Below are positions 1 through 10,065 of a stretch of DNA of 64,000 nt, in pieces. The stretch's first letter is position 1, and each line of letters opens with the position of its first letter. The notes under the pieces were generated by a model. That model saw only the letters and a list, made by a program, of their open reading frames with translations. It was not told the DNA's origin and searched no databases. The position numbers and the translations under genes are program-made. This stretch comes from an uncultured Poribacteria bacterium (lineage in GTDB: Bacteria > Poribacteria > WGA-4E > WGA-3G): the NCBI GenBank assembly GCA_958296135.2, contig CATQHZ020000001.1, positions 2,560,001 to 2,624,000 of the forward strand. Reading direction: 5' to 3'.

Positions 1-164
1 AGCCCCATATCCGCTATCTTCACCGTGGGAGCTCGCCACACGCCGTAGATATACTCGCCGTTTTGGTGGACTGCTGTCCAATTTCCCCGCTCCTCCTCAC
101 AAGAAACGACAAGAAGCAGTGAGATAGAGAAGAGTGTCAATACGAATTTGCCATACGTTTCCAT
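1..164 (-). CDS. 5' part of an exported/lipoprotein-like protein (runs off window), possibly LptC-like
   Basis: ATG at 164, METYGKFVLTLSSISLLLVVSC signal/lipobox; directly downstream of LptE-like gene. Confidence 0.45.
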   Translation of the reverse strand, partial: METYGKFVLTLFSISLLLVVSCEEERGNWTAVHQNGEYIYGVWRAPTVKIADMG

Positions 165-224
165 TGTTCCGCCCTCGGTTTACAAGGCGCGAGGCCAAAG
201 CGCGCCTGCCAGAAACTCTGTCCC

Positions 225-731
225 TTACCACTGCTCCGCAAACTGATTGTAAAGATCTTCAATCAGTTCATCGATGAGTAACCCTTTCGCCTGCGGCAAA
301 GTTTCAGGAGGCTCGCCTCGGTTAGGCACAATGTAGAAATCGTGAATCTGCACGTGGTTGTTGCTCTCGGCAATGATGTTGTTGCGCACCCGGTCCAGAA
401 ACTCGTACTCCACCTGAAGGGTTATCCGCAGCAATTCAACTTGGCCGTTCGGACCGAACCCGTGCTCCTTGATATGGTAGTCCTGAACCCGCAGCGTGAA
501 TTGGGAATCGTTCCCATCCTGCCACTTCCGATTGAAGCGTTGGATCAGTTTCTCGTGGATAACCTCATCGTAAGGCCGCTGCGAAGCCTCATCGTAAGCG
601 AAATCAGCATCCTGAACCTCGACAGGCGAAACCCGTATCGTCTTGATATGCTCCAGATACTCTGATTTGGAGACATACCCGCAGCCAGCAATGAAGAGGA
701 GTGCCACTATCGTCATCAATTTGACTCGCAT
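225..731 (-). CDS. LptE-like LPS assembly lipoprotein
   Basis: Lipobox IAGC-GY, KTIRV motif, ~170 aa, C-terminal helix typical of the LptE family. Confidence 0.65.
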   Translation of the reverse strand: MRVKLMTIVALLFIAGCGYVSKSEYLEHIKTIRVSPVEVQDADFAYDEASQRPYDEVIHEKLIQRFNRKWQDGNDSQFTLRVQDYHIKEHGFGPNGQVELLRITLQVEYEFLDRVRNNIIAESNNHVQIHDFYIVPNRGEPPETLPQAKGLLIDELIEDLYNQFAEQW

Positions 732-866
732 GTTATCCCTCCGTAATTGACGCAAATTCCTATCAGCTGTTCATCTGGCATTCGGGATTGCCGGAGCCCG
801 AATATAACGAACTCCGATGAAGAATGAGAATGAAATCGGATTATGCCGCAAACGTCCCGCTGTCCC

Positions 867-943
867 GTAGGGAGAAAGCCGTTACGCCTTAAGTCTGTCA
901 TCTGTGCCGGGTTTCCAGCGAAGATACCCACTGTCCCTCGCCA
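867..943 (+). repeat. GTAG REP palindrome with ~50 bp insert in its loop
   Basis: GTAGGGAGAAAGCC-[gttacgcc...ataccca]-CTGTCCCTCGCC; similar to 21706-21781 and 44212-44335. Confidence 0.6.
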
Positions 944-971
944 CAAAGCACGCGGGGGACAGACCTCCGCA

Positions 972-1247
972 CTACGGGCCAAGGGCGTTTAGGAACGCGG
1001 GGAGCAGGAAATTCACGGGCGCGGCCTTAGGGCGCGGTGCCTCCCGTTCCCGAGTCCCATAAAACACGGAACGAGCCGTATCCACAACCCACTTTTTGTA
1101 CTCGGGGGACGATAACACGACAAAAACGACAATCAGTAGGATAAGCATGACAGCTAAAAAATAGGTCGTCCACTTCTGATCGAGGAAATCGCCCTTTGCC
1201 TTCTGAATTCGCCGCTTGCTTGCAGGCGAGAGTTTCCGATGTTTCAT
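972..1247 (-). CDS. small single-pass membrane protein
   Basis: Basic N-terminus then hydrophobic YFLAVMLILLIVVFVVL. Confidence 0.6.
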   Translation of the reverse strand: MKHRKLSPASKRRIQKAKGDFLDQKWTTYFLAVMLILLIVVFVVLSSPEYKKWVVDTARSVFYGTREREAPRPKAAPVNFLLPAFLNALGP

Positions 1248-1329
1248 GGTGATGTCCGCCTGTGTCTTTACATCTGACGACTGCTACTCCAAAAGGAACG
1301 CCCAATGCAAGCCGAGCGGCACGTCCGCG

Positions 1330-1675
1330 CCGCGCAGCTGCCGGTCGCTTAACTCACCAGTTGCAGATATAGGCGTTAACACCATTGCTGAAGCCGCCCT
1401 TTCACCAATGGCAACTGTTCACGGAGGCGGGACTGTTACGGATAACCACTCGGGGTTCTATTCTTAGGCCAACTTCACTCCTTCCAAAACGAAATCACCC
1501 GTGTTCGTGAGCGCGATTGACAAAGCCCTAGGGGTTTCCTTCACCAGCGTGATAGTTCCTGTGCTATTTCTCGCGAAAGCGGTTAAATTCGTCAGTAGAA
1601 AAAATAAAATCGGGAAGATAAATTTTAAACATAAAGGAGGTATTCTGTCTGCCGAAGATAAACACGATTCAACAT
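1330..1675 (-). pseudogene. degraded secreted (Ig-like) protein gene
   Basis: Strong RBS AAGGAGG + ATG 1675, frameshift, then signal-like LKFIFPILFFLLTNLTAFA and LSIALTNTGDFVLEGVKL interrupted by TAA/TAG/TGA. Confidence 0.45.
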
Positions 1676-1709
1676 TCAGAATACCTCCTTAAAAATTCGA
1701 TTTGACGGG

Positions 1710-1744
1710 AAAGAGGCAGGGGAAGTAAGTAACCCCCGCCTCTC
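1710..1744 (-). terminator. probable pnp terminator hairpin
   Basis: GAGAGGCGGGGG...CCCCTGCCTCTTT just after the pnp stop. Confidence 0.5.
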
Positions 1745-1760
1745 ATGTCAAAACATCCAT

Positions 1761-4049
1761 CTACCGGGTGCGTCCTCTCGGAATACGAGGCACACGCCGA
1801 TTGCGGGAGTCGCGTCCGTTATCGCGCTGATCATAGCGGTTACCGCCGCGCCTATCATTGCGCCGGTCTCCGCCGCGGCTGTCGCGATAACTCGGGCGGC
1901 CTTCCCGCGGGCCGTTCATATCCCCGCCGCGCTCTGAGTCTGATTCCACGCTGAGTTCTTCAACGGGGATACCCCGAGCAGCGACTAAGGTCAGATCGAC
2001 CCGGTCCTGCTCATCAATGGTGAGTATGCGGACGGTGACTTCGTCGCCTACCTCCATCACATCTTCCGCGCGGCGAACATACCCATCGCCCATCTGCGAG
2101 ATGTGGACGAGGCCGTCTTTGCCGGGTAGGATTTCAACGAATGCGCCAAACGGTGCAGTGCGCACCACTTTGCCGGTGTATTCCTTGCCGATTTCGGGCA
2201 TCGCCGTGATAGCACGAACCTTCTCTTCAGCGCGTTTGACATCTTCCGCGCTCATCGCCGCGATCTCCACCGTGCCATCGTCCTCAATGTTGATGGTAGT
2301 GTTCGTCTCCTCCTGAAGGCCTTGGACCGTCTTGCCGCGGGGGCCGATGAGGTCCCTAATCTTCTGCTGCGCAATCTGGAGAGTGTAAATGCGAGGCGCG
2401 TAAGGCGACAACTCTTCGCGCGGTTCTGCAATAACGGCGTTCATCTGCTCGATAACCGCGAGGCGCGCGTCCCGCGCCTGATGAATCGCACGGCGCATCA
2501 ACTCCGGCGTGACACCCTCAATCTTGATGTCCATCTGGACAGCCGTGATACCCTCACTCGTTCCAGCGACTTTGAAATCCATGTCGCCGAGGAAATCCTC
2601 CGTCCCAAGCATATCGGTGAGGATAACCTCCTGCTCGCCCTCTTTAATCAGCCCAACACCGATACCCGCAACCGGTCGCTTAATCGGCACGCCTGCATCC
2701 ATGAGCGCAAGCGTCGCGCCGCAGACAGTCGCCATCGAGGAGGACGCGTTCGATTCCAATATCTCCGAAACGACGCGGATGGTGTAAGAGAAATCCTCCT
2801 TCTCAGGAATAACGGGCTCTAACGCCTTCTCTGCAAGCGCGCCGTGTCCAATCTCCCTGCGGCCGGGGCCCATCATCCGCTTCACTTCGCCCGTGCTGAA
2901 CGGCGGGAAGTTGTAGTGGAGGAAGAAGGAACGTCTCGACTCCCCATCAAGCCCACGTTGCACATCTTCATCCCCGGAGGTACCGAGGGTTGTAACACAG
3001 AGTGCCTGCGTCTGGCCGCGGGTGAAAAGAGCCGAACCGTGCGTGTGCGGCAGCAAGGCAACTTCACCAGAAATAGCACGGATATCTGTCACGCCGCGCC
3101 CATCAACACGCGTTCCTTGCGTGAGGATTGCGTTGCGCATCTCCTCTTTCTCAATGTCGCTGAGGAGAGCAGTGGCATCCTTCGTCACCGTGGCAGCTAT
3201 CTCCTCCGATGCTCCCTCAAGGATTTCGGAAAGGACATCTTCCCGCACCTGTTCAAGGTATGCCTCCCGCTCCTTCTTATCCGCCATCCCGATGGATTCC
3301 CGGACGCGTGAGGTAGCGAGGTGCCGAACGCGAGTGCTGAGGCTTTCATCCACACCCTTGGGCTTGTAATCGCGCTTCTCGCTGCTGATAACAGCCGCCA
3401 AGCCCTCCTGAAGTCGGATGACCTCCTTGATTTGCTGATGCGCGGCGATAATCGTGTCAATGACTTCGTCTTCCGGGACCTCGTGCCCGCCACCCTCAAC
3501 GGACATCACAGCGTCCGATTTGCCACTCACAAAAAGCTCCACATCGGATCCGTGCAGCTCTTCATAAGTGGGGTTAATTATCAACTCTCCATCAACTCTT
3601 CCGACAGTTACGGCGGCAACGGGGCCGTTAAACGGGATGTCGGAGATGGCCAATGCAGCGGAGGTACCGATGAGGGCTGGCACATCCGCGGGATGGACAC
3701 CATCCGATGAGAACACGTTGCACAATACCTGCACCTCCGCTTTAAAATCCTTCGGGAATAGCGGCCGGATGCAGTGGTCGATCAGGCGTGCGACGAGTTG
3801 TTCAGACGATCCGGGGCGTGGTTCGCGGCGGCCATAGACTGTCGGGATTTTGCCGCCCGCGTAGGCTCTCTCTCGGTAATCTACTGTGAGGGGGAAGAAA
3901 CCCAGGTCATTTTCGCTTTCATCGGCGACTACCGTGACCAGGACAACCGTTCCACCGTATTGCACCCAAACGGCACCGTCCGCTTGTTTCGCAACTTTTC
4001 CGGTTTCAATAGATAACTTCTCGCTCCCAAGTTGCATTTCTACTTTCAT
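1761..4049 (-). CDS. pnp: polyribonucleotide nucleotidyltransferase
   Basis: FFPLTVDYRE, RREIGHG, SSSMAT, GDMDFKVAG, KH and S1 domains. Confidence 0.98.
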   Translation of the reverse strand: MKVEMQLGSEKLSIETGKVAKQADGAVWVQYGGTVVLVTVVADESENDLGFFPLTVDYRERAYAGGKIPTVYGRREPRPGSSEQLVARLIDHCIRPLFPKDFKAEVQVLCNVFSSDGVHPADVPALIGTSAALAISDIPFNGPVAAVTVGRVDGELIINPTYEELHGSDVELFVSGKSDAVMSVEGGGHEVPEDEVIDTIIAAHQQIKEVIRLQEGLAAVISSEKRDYKPKGVDESLSTRVRHLATSRVRESIGMADKKEREAYLEQVREDVLSEILEGASEEIAATVTKDATALLSDIEKEEMRNAILTQGTRVDGRGVTDIRAISGEVALLPHTHGSALFTRGQTQALCVTTLGTSGDEDVQRGLDGESRRSFFLHYNFPPFSTGEVKRMMGPGRREIGHGALAEKALEPVIPEKEDFSYTIRVVSEILESNASSSMATVCGATLALMDAGVPIKRPVAGIGVGLIKEGEQEVILTDMLGTEDFLGDMDFKVAGTSEGITAVQMDIKIEGVTPELMRRAIHQARDARLAVIEQMNAVIAEPREELSPYAPRIYTLQIAQQKIRDLIGPRGKTVQGLQEETNTTINIEDDGTVEIAAMSAEDVKRAEEKVRAITAMPEIGKEYTGKVVRTAPFGAFVEILPGKDGLVHISQMGDGYVRRAEDVMEVGDEVTVRILTIDEQDRVDLTLVAARGIPVEELSVESDSERGGDMNGPREGRPSYRDSRGGDRRNDRRGGNRYDQRDNGRDSRNRRVPRIPRGRTR

Positions 4050-4199
4050 TCGTGCTCTTACTCCTATTCTTCTTAATCTAAATTCGCGAAATTCTCTACG
4101 TTCGTGTTGCGCGCTGCTATTTTCTGCGCGTCGTGTCTGCGCGCTGTGAGCGCGCGCATCGCTTCTTCGCGGCCCGCATCGGGGGCCGAAAACGCCATC

Positions 4200-4490
4200 C
4201 TAACTCCCACTGGCTCCGATTGTGTCCCGAAGGCCGAGCTCGTTGATTAAACGGTAATAGCGCGTAATATCCTTCTTGTAAAGATACCGTAGCAGCCGAC
4301 GCTGCTTACCAACTAAGCGGAAAAGCCCGTAGCGGGAGTGATAGTCCTTCCTGTGCGTCCGAAGATGTTCAGTGAGCTGTTTAATGCGCGCATTTAAAAC
4401 GGCCACCTGCGCTTCCGGGGAACCGGTATCCCGTTCGTGCATCTGGTGCTGTTGGATGATTTCCTGCTTCCGTTCTGCATCAATCGCCAA
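4200..4490 (-). CDS. rpsO: 30S ribosomal protein S15
   Basis: [10 protein letters not shown]...[11 protein letters not shown]; RBS AAGGAGG; upstream of pnp. Confidence 0.97.
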   Translation of the reverse strand: MAIDAERKQEIIQQHQMHERDTGSPEAQVAVLNARIKQLTEHLRTHRKDYHSRYGLFRLVGKQRRLLRYLYKKDITRYYRLINELGLRDTIGASGS

Positions 4491-4541
4491 TCGCCTTTAC
4501 CTCCTTTTGGTTAAATAGTGCGTATCCGTTCGTCATTATAT

Positions 4542-4570
4542 ATTATACCACAGATCGACATAGAATTCAA
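4542..4570 (-). promoter_or_regulatory. sigma70 promoter for rpsO-pnp
   Basis: TTGAAT-17 bp-TATAAT with TG just upstream of -10. Confidence 0.7.
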
Positions 4571-4739
4571 ATTAAAATGATTTTGCGTCATCTCGTTTGC
4601 GAACGCCTCTTTGCAAACGGGCCATTGCAAACAGGCAAGATCGGCGAGCCGGTTCCCCTACGGAGAGGGGCCCCGTTGTTGATTTTCATCGCTGACATCA
4701 ACAACGGAAAACTGAATACCTCTGGGACAGGCCCCCGCG

Positions 4740-5714
4740 CTATGGGCCACGGACGAATTCTGTCTCGGCGAGAATCTGGGTTGCGGCAGCAATATCGCGC
4801 TGAATCTGCTGCACCAACGATACCGGGCTCGGGAACTTCCGCTCACTCCTGATTTTGTCAACGAAAAATATCTCCACCGATTTGCCGTAGATAGTCTCAT
4901 CAAAATCGAAGAAATGCGCCTCTATCTGAAGCGTCTGGCCATCAAACGTCGGCCGGATGCCGATGTTCAAAACACCCTCCAGGGTTTGCGCCTCGCCTGC
5001 AAGGGAGCGGCCGCATTCTGGCATTAACCGCGCGCGGATTGCATAAACGCCGTTCGGCGGGCAGATCTGGTTATGCGTCTCTATATTCGCCGTCGGGAAA
5101 CCGAGGTGCCGGCCTCGCCCATCGCCGTGAACCACATCGCCAACAATTGAATAGGTTCTGCCAAGCAATCGGGCACCCCAACCGAGGTCTCCCCGCGCGA
5201 TGGCCTCACGAATGCGGGTGCTATGCACAGGCGAACCGTTCATCTGTGTCGGTGGCACAACTGATACCTCAAACGGACGGCACCGGCTGAGTGCCTCCAA
5301 GTGATGCGCGTTTCCTTCCCGTCCCTTTCCAAATTGGCACGCGTATCCTACCACGATATGCTTGGCGCGGCATTTCTCTAATAGCACGCGCTCCACAAAG
5401 GTATCCGGGGACATGGACGCAATCTGTGCATCAAAGCGAAGAATAACGGTTTTGTCGATGCCGAGTTGCTCAAGGATTTCAATGCGTTTGGACAGCGGCA
5501 TTAAGACAGGCGGACACCGCTCCGGTGCAAGAAACGCCAGCGGGTGCGGATAGAATCCCACCAGAATGCTTATCAGATTGGCCTGTGCAGCCCGTTCAAG
5601 AAGCATCTCAATAACGGCTTGGTGCCCAATATGTATGCCATCAAACACGCCAAAGGTTACCGCCGCGGTGCTATCCAACGCGGGTATGTCGTCCAAGTTA
5701 TAGAAAGTTTCCAC
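4740..5714 (-). CDS. ribF: riboflavin kinase/FAD synthetase
   Basis: GVFDGIHIGHQ, SxRIR, GRHLGFPTAN, GIRPTF. Confidence 0.96.
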   Translation of the reverse strand: METFYNLDDIPALDSTAAVTFGVFDGIHIGHQAVIEMLLERAAQANLISILVGFYPHPLAFLAPERCPPVLMPLSKRIEILEQLGIDKTVILRFDAQIASMSPDTFVERVLLEKCRAKHIVVGYACQFGKGREGNAHHLEALSRCRPFEVSVVPPTQMNGSPVHSTRIREAIARGDLGWGARLLGRTYSIVGDVVHGDGRGRHLGFPTANIETHNQICPPNGVYAIRARLMPECGRSLAGEAQTLEGVLNIGIRPTFDGQTLQIEAHFFDFDETIYGKSVEIFFVDKIRSERKFPSPVSLVQQIQRDIAAATQILAETEFVRGP

Positions 5715-5873
5715 GTTTCTCCCCTTCGGGTTTTCGTATTTCGCAATGCGTTCAGCGACGGTCTCTTGTCCTAATTGCGTTTACTTCCCAGGCCGACTTG
5801 ACGTTGTCAAGTCTTGCATGTCTGGGGAGCGGGGGTTTCTCCTTGAAAGCGTGTTTGGCACTGCACCCGCAGC

Positions 5874-6893
5874 CTAGGCCTGATTGCGAGAGATGTATCG
5901 TTCTGCTTTTGAAACGAGCGCGGCAAGGGCGGCAAGGTAGGGCAGCTCCAGCCGGCAGCCGGACGCGCGTTCGTGGCCGCCGCCGTTGAATTCCGCAGCA
6001 AGCGCGCCGACATCAACGCGCCCCTTACTCCGGAGACTCACCCTCGCGTTACCATCGGCGAGCTCGGTAACACAGAGAGCCACCTCAACGCCTGCAATCG
6101 ATTGAAGCTGGTTGACAACGCCTTCCACCGCATTTTCCGCTGTCCCCGTTTTATCAAACATCTCCTGCGTCACGTAAACCGATGCAATTTTGCCGTTATC
6201 GGTGACGTTCAAAGTGCCGAGGACTTCGCTCAACAGCCGAATCTTGCAGACCGGCACCTGTTCATAAACGTTACGGTAAACCTCATCGGGAGGGAACTCG
6301 CCTATCTCAATCAACTCCGCAGCGACACGATGCGTTTCCGGCGTGGCATTGCTATGGCGAAAACAGCCGGTGTCAAACATAATACCGGTATAGAGACAGA
6401 GCGCGCACGATTTGCAGAGCCACACCTCCGTGGCAGACCGCTCCCGACGCGCATACGCCTTGATCAGCCGGTAAACCATCTCAGAAGTGGAGGAAGCAGC
6501 GGCATCAATTAGGTTGATATCCCCAAACGCCTCCGCGGTAGCGTGATGGTCGATGTTCACGAGCATCTGTAGCGGCAGCAACTTTTTGCACAACTTCGTG
6601 CCTATACGTTCTCGGGTACTCGCATCCAATACCACCAAAACCTCCGGACGATACTTTCCTACAGCATCTACGCCTTCAATTCTATCCCAACGCGGCAGAA
6701 ACCGATAAGTGACAGGCACTTCATCGGTATTGAATATTTTCACCGATTTCCCCAGTTTCCTGAGAAAGAAATAGAGGCCGAGCTCCGCGCCGATAGCATC
6801 GCCATCCGGATGAAGATGCGTCGAGAGCGCGAACGTCTCATACTGCTCAAATAGCGTTAGAAGTGTACCACAATCGCGCATGAAAAAATCCAC
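5874..6893 (-). CDS. nrnA: DHH family phosphoesterase (NrnA-like)
   Basis: HPDGDAIG, IDHH, DTGCF, SLRS, GGGH. Confidence 0.88.
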   Translation of the reverse strand: MDFFMRDCGTLLTLFEQYETFALSTHLHPDGDAIGAELGLYFFLRKLGKSVKIFNTDEVPVTYRFLPRWDRIEGVDAVGKYRPEVLVVLDASTRERIGTKLCKKLLPLQMLVNIDHHATAEAFGDINLIDAAASSTSEMVYRLIKAYARRERSATEVWLCKSCALCLYTGIMFDTGCFRHSNATPETHRVAAELIEIGEFPPDEVYRNVYEQVPVCKIRLLSEVLGTLNVTDNGKIASVYVTQEMFDKTGTAENAVEGVVNQLQSIAGVEVALCVTELADGNARVSLRSKGRVDVGALAAEFNGGGHERASGCRLELPYLAALAALVSKAERYISRNQA

Positions 6894-6924
6894 ATTTGCA
6901 GGTAGGCGCGCTTGGAACGCGCGC

Positions 6925-7293
6925 CTACGGAGACGTTAAAGAGTCATCGTCCGATTCTACCGAGCGGAGGAGTTCATCTATTCGCATCAGGTTATCTACA
7001 GATTCATCCAAAGTGAACCGCAACTCTGGAGAATAACGGAGCGTGAGTCGGCGGCCAATCTCGCGCCTCATGAACCCAGTCGCGCTTTTCAAGCCGGCGA
7101 GGGTGCTATCCTTCTGTGCCTCATCGCCGATGACGCTCACCTTGACATCTACATATTTCAGGTCCGGTGACACCTCGGCTTGGGTGACAGTGCAAAATTC
7201 AACGCGCGGGTCCTTGAGGGAACGCTGGATAATCTCGCTCAACTCCCTCTGGATAAGAGCCCCTACCCGGTCTTGCCTTCTATTGTTTGTCAT
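6925..7293 (-). CDS. rbfA: ribosome-binding factor A
   Basis: KDPRV, SPDLK, LRYSPELRF. Confidence 0.96.
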   Translation of the reverse strand: MTNNRRQDRVGALIQRELSEIIQRSLKDPRVEFCTVTQAEVSPDLKYVDVKVSVIGDEAQKDSTLAGLKSATGFMRREIGRRLTLRYSPELRFTLDESVDNLMRIDELLRSVESDDDSLTSP

Positions 7294-7363
7294 GTCAGTT
7301 TCCTCATTGGACTGATGCTGGCGACTGCGGTAGCCGCGCCTTCCCTACATGCACCCGTCTAAA

Positions 7364-7648
7364 TCAAAAGAAAAAATCGGTTTCATAATCCACCAACTCA
7401 GCATCGGTATGTGTCTCAATAAAAGTTACCACGTGCGCGAGGAGCCCGTTCAGATGCGCTGCATCGTTGGAAACTGAGACGACAGCTAACACCGCCGATT
7501 GATGCGCATCCAAAGCATCTACTTCTGCAACAGCCACATTGAACCGATTTTTGAGCCGGGTGATGAGACTCTTGATAACCCTGCGCTTCGCCTTGAGCGA
7601 ACGGCTTTCGGGAATGCGAAGGTAGAACTTACAGACACCGATGTGCAT
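7364..7648 (-). CDS. DUF503 (YlxP) family protein
   Basis: SLKAKRRVIKS...RFNVAVAEV; between infB and rbfA. Confidence 0.9.
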   Translation of the reverse strand: MHIGVCKFYLRIPESRSLKAKRRVIKSLITRLKNRFNVAVAEVDALDAHQSAVLAVVSVSNDAAHLNGLLAHVVTFIETHTDAELVDYETDFFF

Positions 7649-7657
7649 GAGCGCGCC

Positions 7658-9715
7658 TTACGCAAGCGATCTTGCCACATGTTCGTGGATGTAGCATTCC
7701 AAGACATCGCCAACCTTCAGATCCGCGAACGTCTCAATGCCGATGCCGCATTCATAGTTCGCCTGCACCTCGTTCACGCTGTCCTTGAAACGGCGGAGCG
7801 AATTCACCTTGCCCTCGTGAATTAAGCGGTTATCGCGCAGCACCCGCAAAGGCTGGTTGTAAGAAATTCTACCCCAGTTGACATAACTGCCCGCGACGAG
7901 CCCGAGCCGCGGCACTTTGAAGAGCTCCCGCACTTCAGCACGGCCGATGACAACCTCGCGCACCTCCGGCTCGAGTAGGCCTTCCATGGCAGAACGGATA
8001 TCGGAAATGAGGTTATAGATGATGTTATAGGTGCGCACATCAATGCCCTCCGTCTCCTTCGCTTGCACCGCTTCCGTAGTCGGATGAACGTTGAAACCGA
8101 CGACGATAGCCTGCGATGCCGAAGCAAGCAGGATGTCTGTTTCCGTAATCCCCCCAGCCGCTTGGTGGATAATGTTGATTTTCACCTCATCGGTACTGAG
8201 ATTGACTAGCGACTCAGAGACAACTTGCACAGAACCCTGCACATCGCCTTTGACAATCACGTTCAGTTCCTTGACATCTCCCTCCTGAATCTGTTGGAAG
8301 AGAGCATCGAGACTGACATGGCTCTTCGCGCCAAGCTTCTCGGTGCGGTACCTGTCTTGCCGAGTCTCGCTGATGGATTTCGCATCCTTTTCCGATTCAA
8401 CGACGTGGAACCGGTCGCCAGCCTCCGGAACCCCGGTAAAGCCGAGGACTTCAACTGGAGACGAAGGACCTGTGTTCTTCATCCGTTTCCCGAAGTCATC
8501 CATCATCGCGCGCACTTTCCCAGAGTATCTACCAGACACGAACACGTCGCCCACTTTCAGCGTTCCAGATTGCACGAGGACGGTCGCGACTGCACCGCGG
8601 CCTTTGTCCACCTGCGCTTCAATGACAACGCCGCGCGCCAACTTATCCGGATTCGCCTTCAGTTCAAGTAGCGCGGCCTCAAGGAGGAGCATCTCCAGCA
8701 AAAAGTCAATACCGGTTCCATCTATCGCCGAGGTCTCCACGCAGATTGTCTGCCCGCCCCATTCTTCTGGAATGAGTTCATGTTCCGCCAGTTGTTGTTT
8801 AACAAAGTCTGAGCGCGCGCCGGGGACATCAATTTTGTTAATCGCGACGACGATGGGGACATTAGCGGCTTTGGCGTGGTTGAGTGCCTCTATCGTCTGC
8901 GGCATTACGCCATCGTCGGCAGCAACAATCAGCACAACAATATCTGTCACTTGTGCGCCGCGCGCCCGCATCGCCGTGAAGGCGGCGTGGCCGGGGGTAT
9001 CCAAGAAAACGATGCTACCAGTATCCAACGTCACATGGTAAGCACCGATATGTTGGGTGATATTACCGGCCTCAGATTCACTGATGTTTGATTGCCGAAT
9101 TCTATCTAGGAGCGACGTTTTGCCGTGGTCCACGTGGCCCATGATAGTGATAACCGGGGCGCGCGGCCGGAGTGTCTCCGGCGGATCGGGTGTCTCCGCT
9201 AAAAGGGTGTCCTCCAGCGTTGGTGCTTTAATGGCTTCAAAACTAAAGTGCGTGCTAAGCCCGGCCAGCGTATCGTAATCCAACCGCTGATTGATGTTCG
9301 CCATCACCCGCAGGTTCATCAGACGGAGGATGAACTCGTTTGGCAGCAAATTGAGCGACGCAGCCAGGTCGGCAACGGTAATGCCCTCGGTGATTTGCAA
9401 GGGGGTGCTGCGCCCGGCAGCTGCACCGATATCAGCCGTGCCTATCGCAGCATCATCCTGTTTCGCGGCGGCTTCCTCCTGCGGTTCATCCTGCAATTCC
9501 GCTTCTAGCAACGCGACTGTTTTCGCATCAAGCGGACTCATGTGGTTTTTGACGCGAATCCCGTGCGCCGCGAGCAAGTCAAGGAGCACCTTGCTCCTCA
9601 AGTTATACCGCTTTGCCAATTCATGCACACGCATGCTTGTCGGGGTAAGTTGATTGTCCTCACGATTCGCTTTGGCCGAGCGCGGCTGCCGCCTCCGCCG
9701 TGGGGCTTTTCTCAT
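7658..9715 (-). CDS. infB: translation initiation factor IF-2
   Basis: GHVDHGKT, DTPGH, NKID, KGDVQGS, ECGIGI. Confidence 0.98.
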   Translation of the reverse strand: MRKAPRRRRQPRSAKANREDNQLTPTSMRVHELAKRYNLRSKVLLDLLAAHGIRVKNHMSPLDAKTVALLEAELQDEPQEEAAAKQDDAAIGTADIGAAAGRSTPLQITEGITVADLAASLNLLPNEFILRLMNLRVMANINQRLDYDTLAGLSTHFSFEAIKAPTLEDTLLAETPDPPETLRPRAPVITIMGHVDHGKTSLLDRIRQSNISESEAGNITQHIGAYHVTLDTGSIVFLDTPGHAAFTAMRARGAQVTDIVVLIVAADDGVMPQTIEALNHAKAANVPIVVAINKIDVPGARSDFVKQQLAEHELIPEEWGGQTICVETSAIDGTGIDFLLEMLLLEAALLELKANPDKLARGVVIEAQVDKGRGAVATVLVQSGTLKVGDVFVSGRYSGKVRAMMDDFGKRMKNTGPSSPVEVLGFTGVPEAGDRFHVVESEKDAKSISETRQDRYRTEKLGAKSHVSLDALFQQIQEGDVKELNVIVKGDVQGSVQVVSESLVNLSTDEVKINIIHQAAGGITETDILLASASQAIVVGFNVHPTTEAVQAKETEGIDVRTYNIIYNLISDIRSAMEGLLEPEVREVVIGRAEVRELFKVPRLGLVAGSYVNWGRISYNQPLRVLRDNRLIHEGKVNSLRRFKDSVNEVQANYECGIGIETFADLKVGDVLECYIHEHVARSLA

Positions 9716-9942
9716 AATAATTCCTCCTTTTTCGCTCCGCCGAGCCGATACCTGCTACCCTTCCGGAAAAACGCATCCTCAATGCACGTTTCAGAACGGC
9801 AGGTGTAGACACCACGCCCGGGGAGATTCTTGTGCCGGTCCAACTGCACCACTCGTCCCGCTTGACACGCGAATCGGATTAAGGTCCTCTGCGGAAATTT
9901 ACCTCGGCACCCAATACAGGTGCGAATAGGTTGTTTCACCAT
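9712..9942 (-). CDS. ylxR: YlxR/DUF448 RNA-binding protein
   Basis: PIRTCIGCR, PGRGVYTC; upstream of infB. Confidence 0.88.
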   Translation of the reverse strand: MVKQPIRTCIGCRGKFPQRTLIRFACQAGRVVQLDRHKNLPGRGVYTCRSETCIEDAFFRKGSRYRLGGAKKEELL

Positions 9943-10065
9943 GGCAGTCCAAAACCAGAAAGATTCAGTTGTCCCTCTTTGATGTTACCCACGAATCGGA
10001 CGGTTGCGAGCCCGAACAACAGATATGGGACAACTCAATGCCTCCGGTCCAAAACGGAGTGACGT

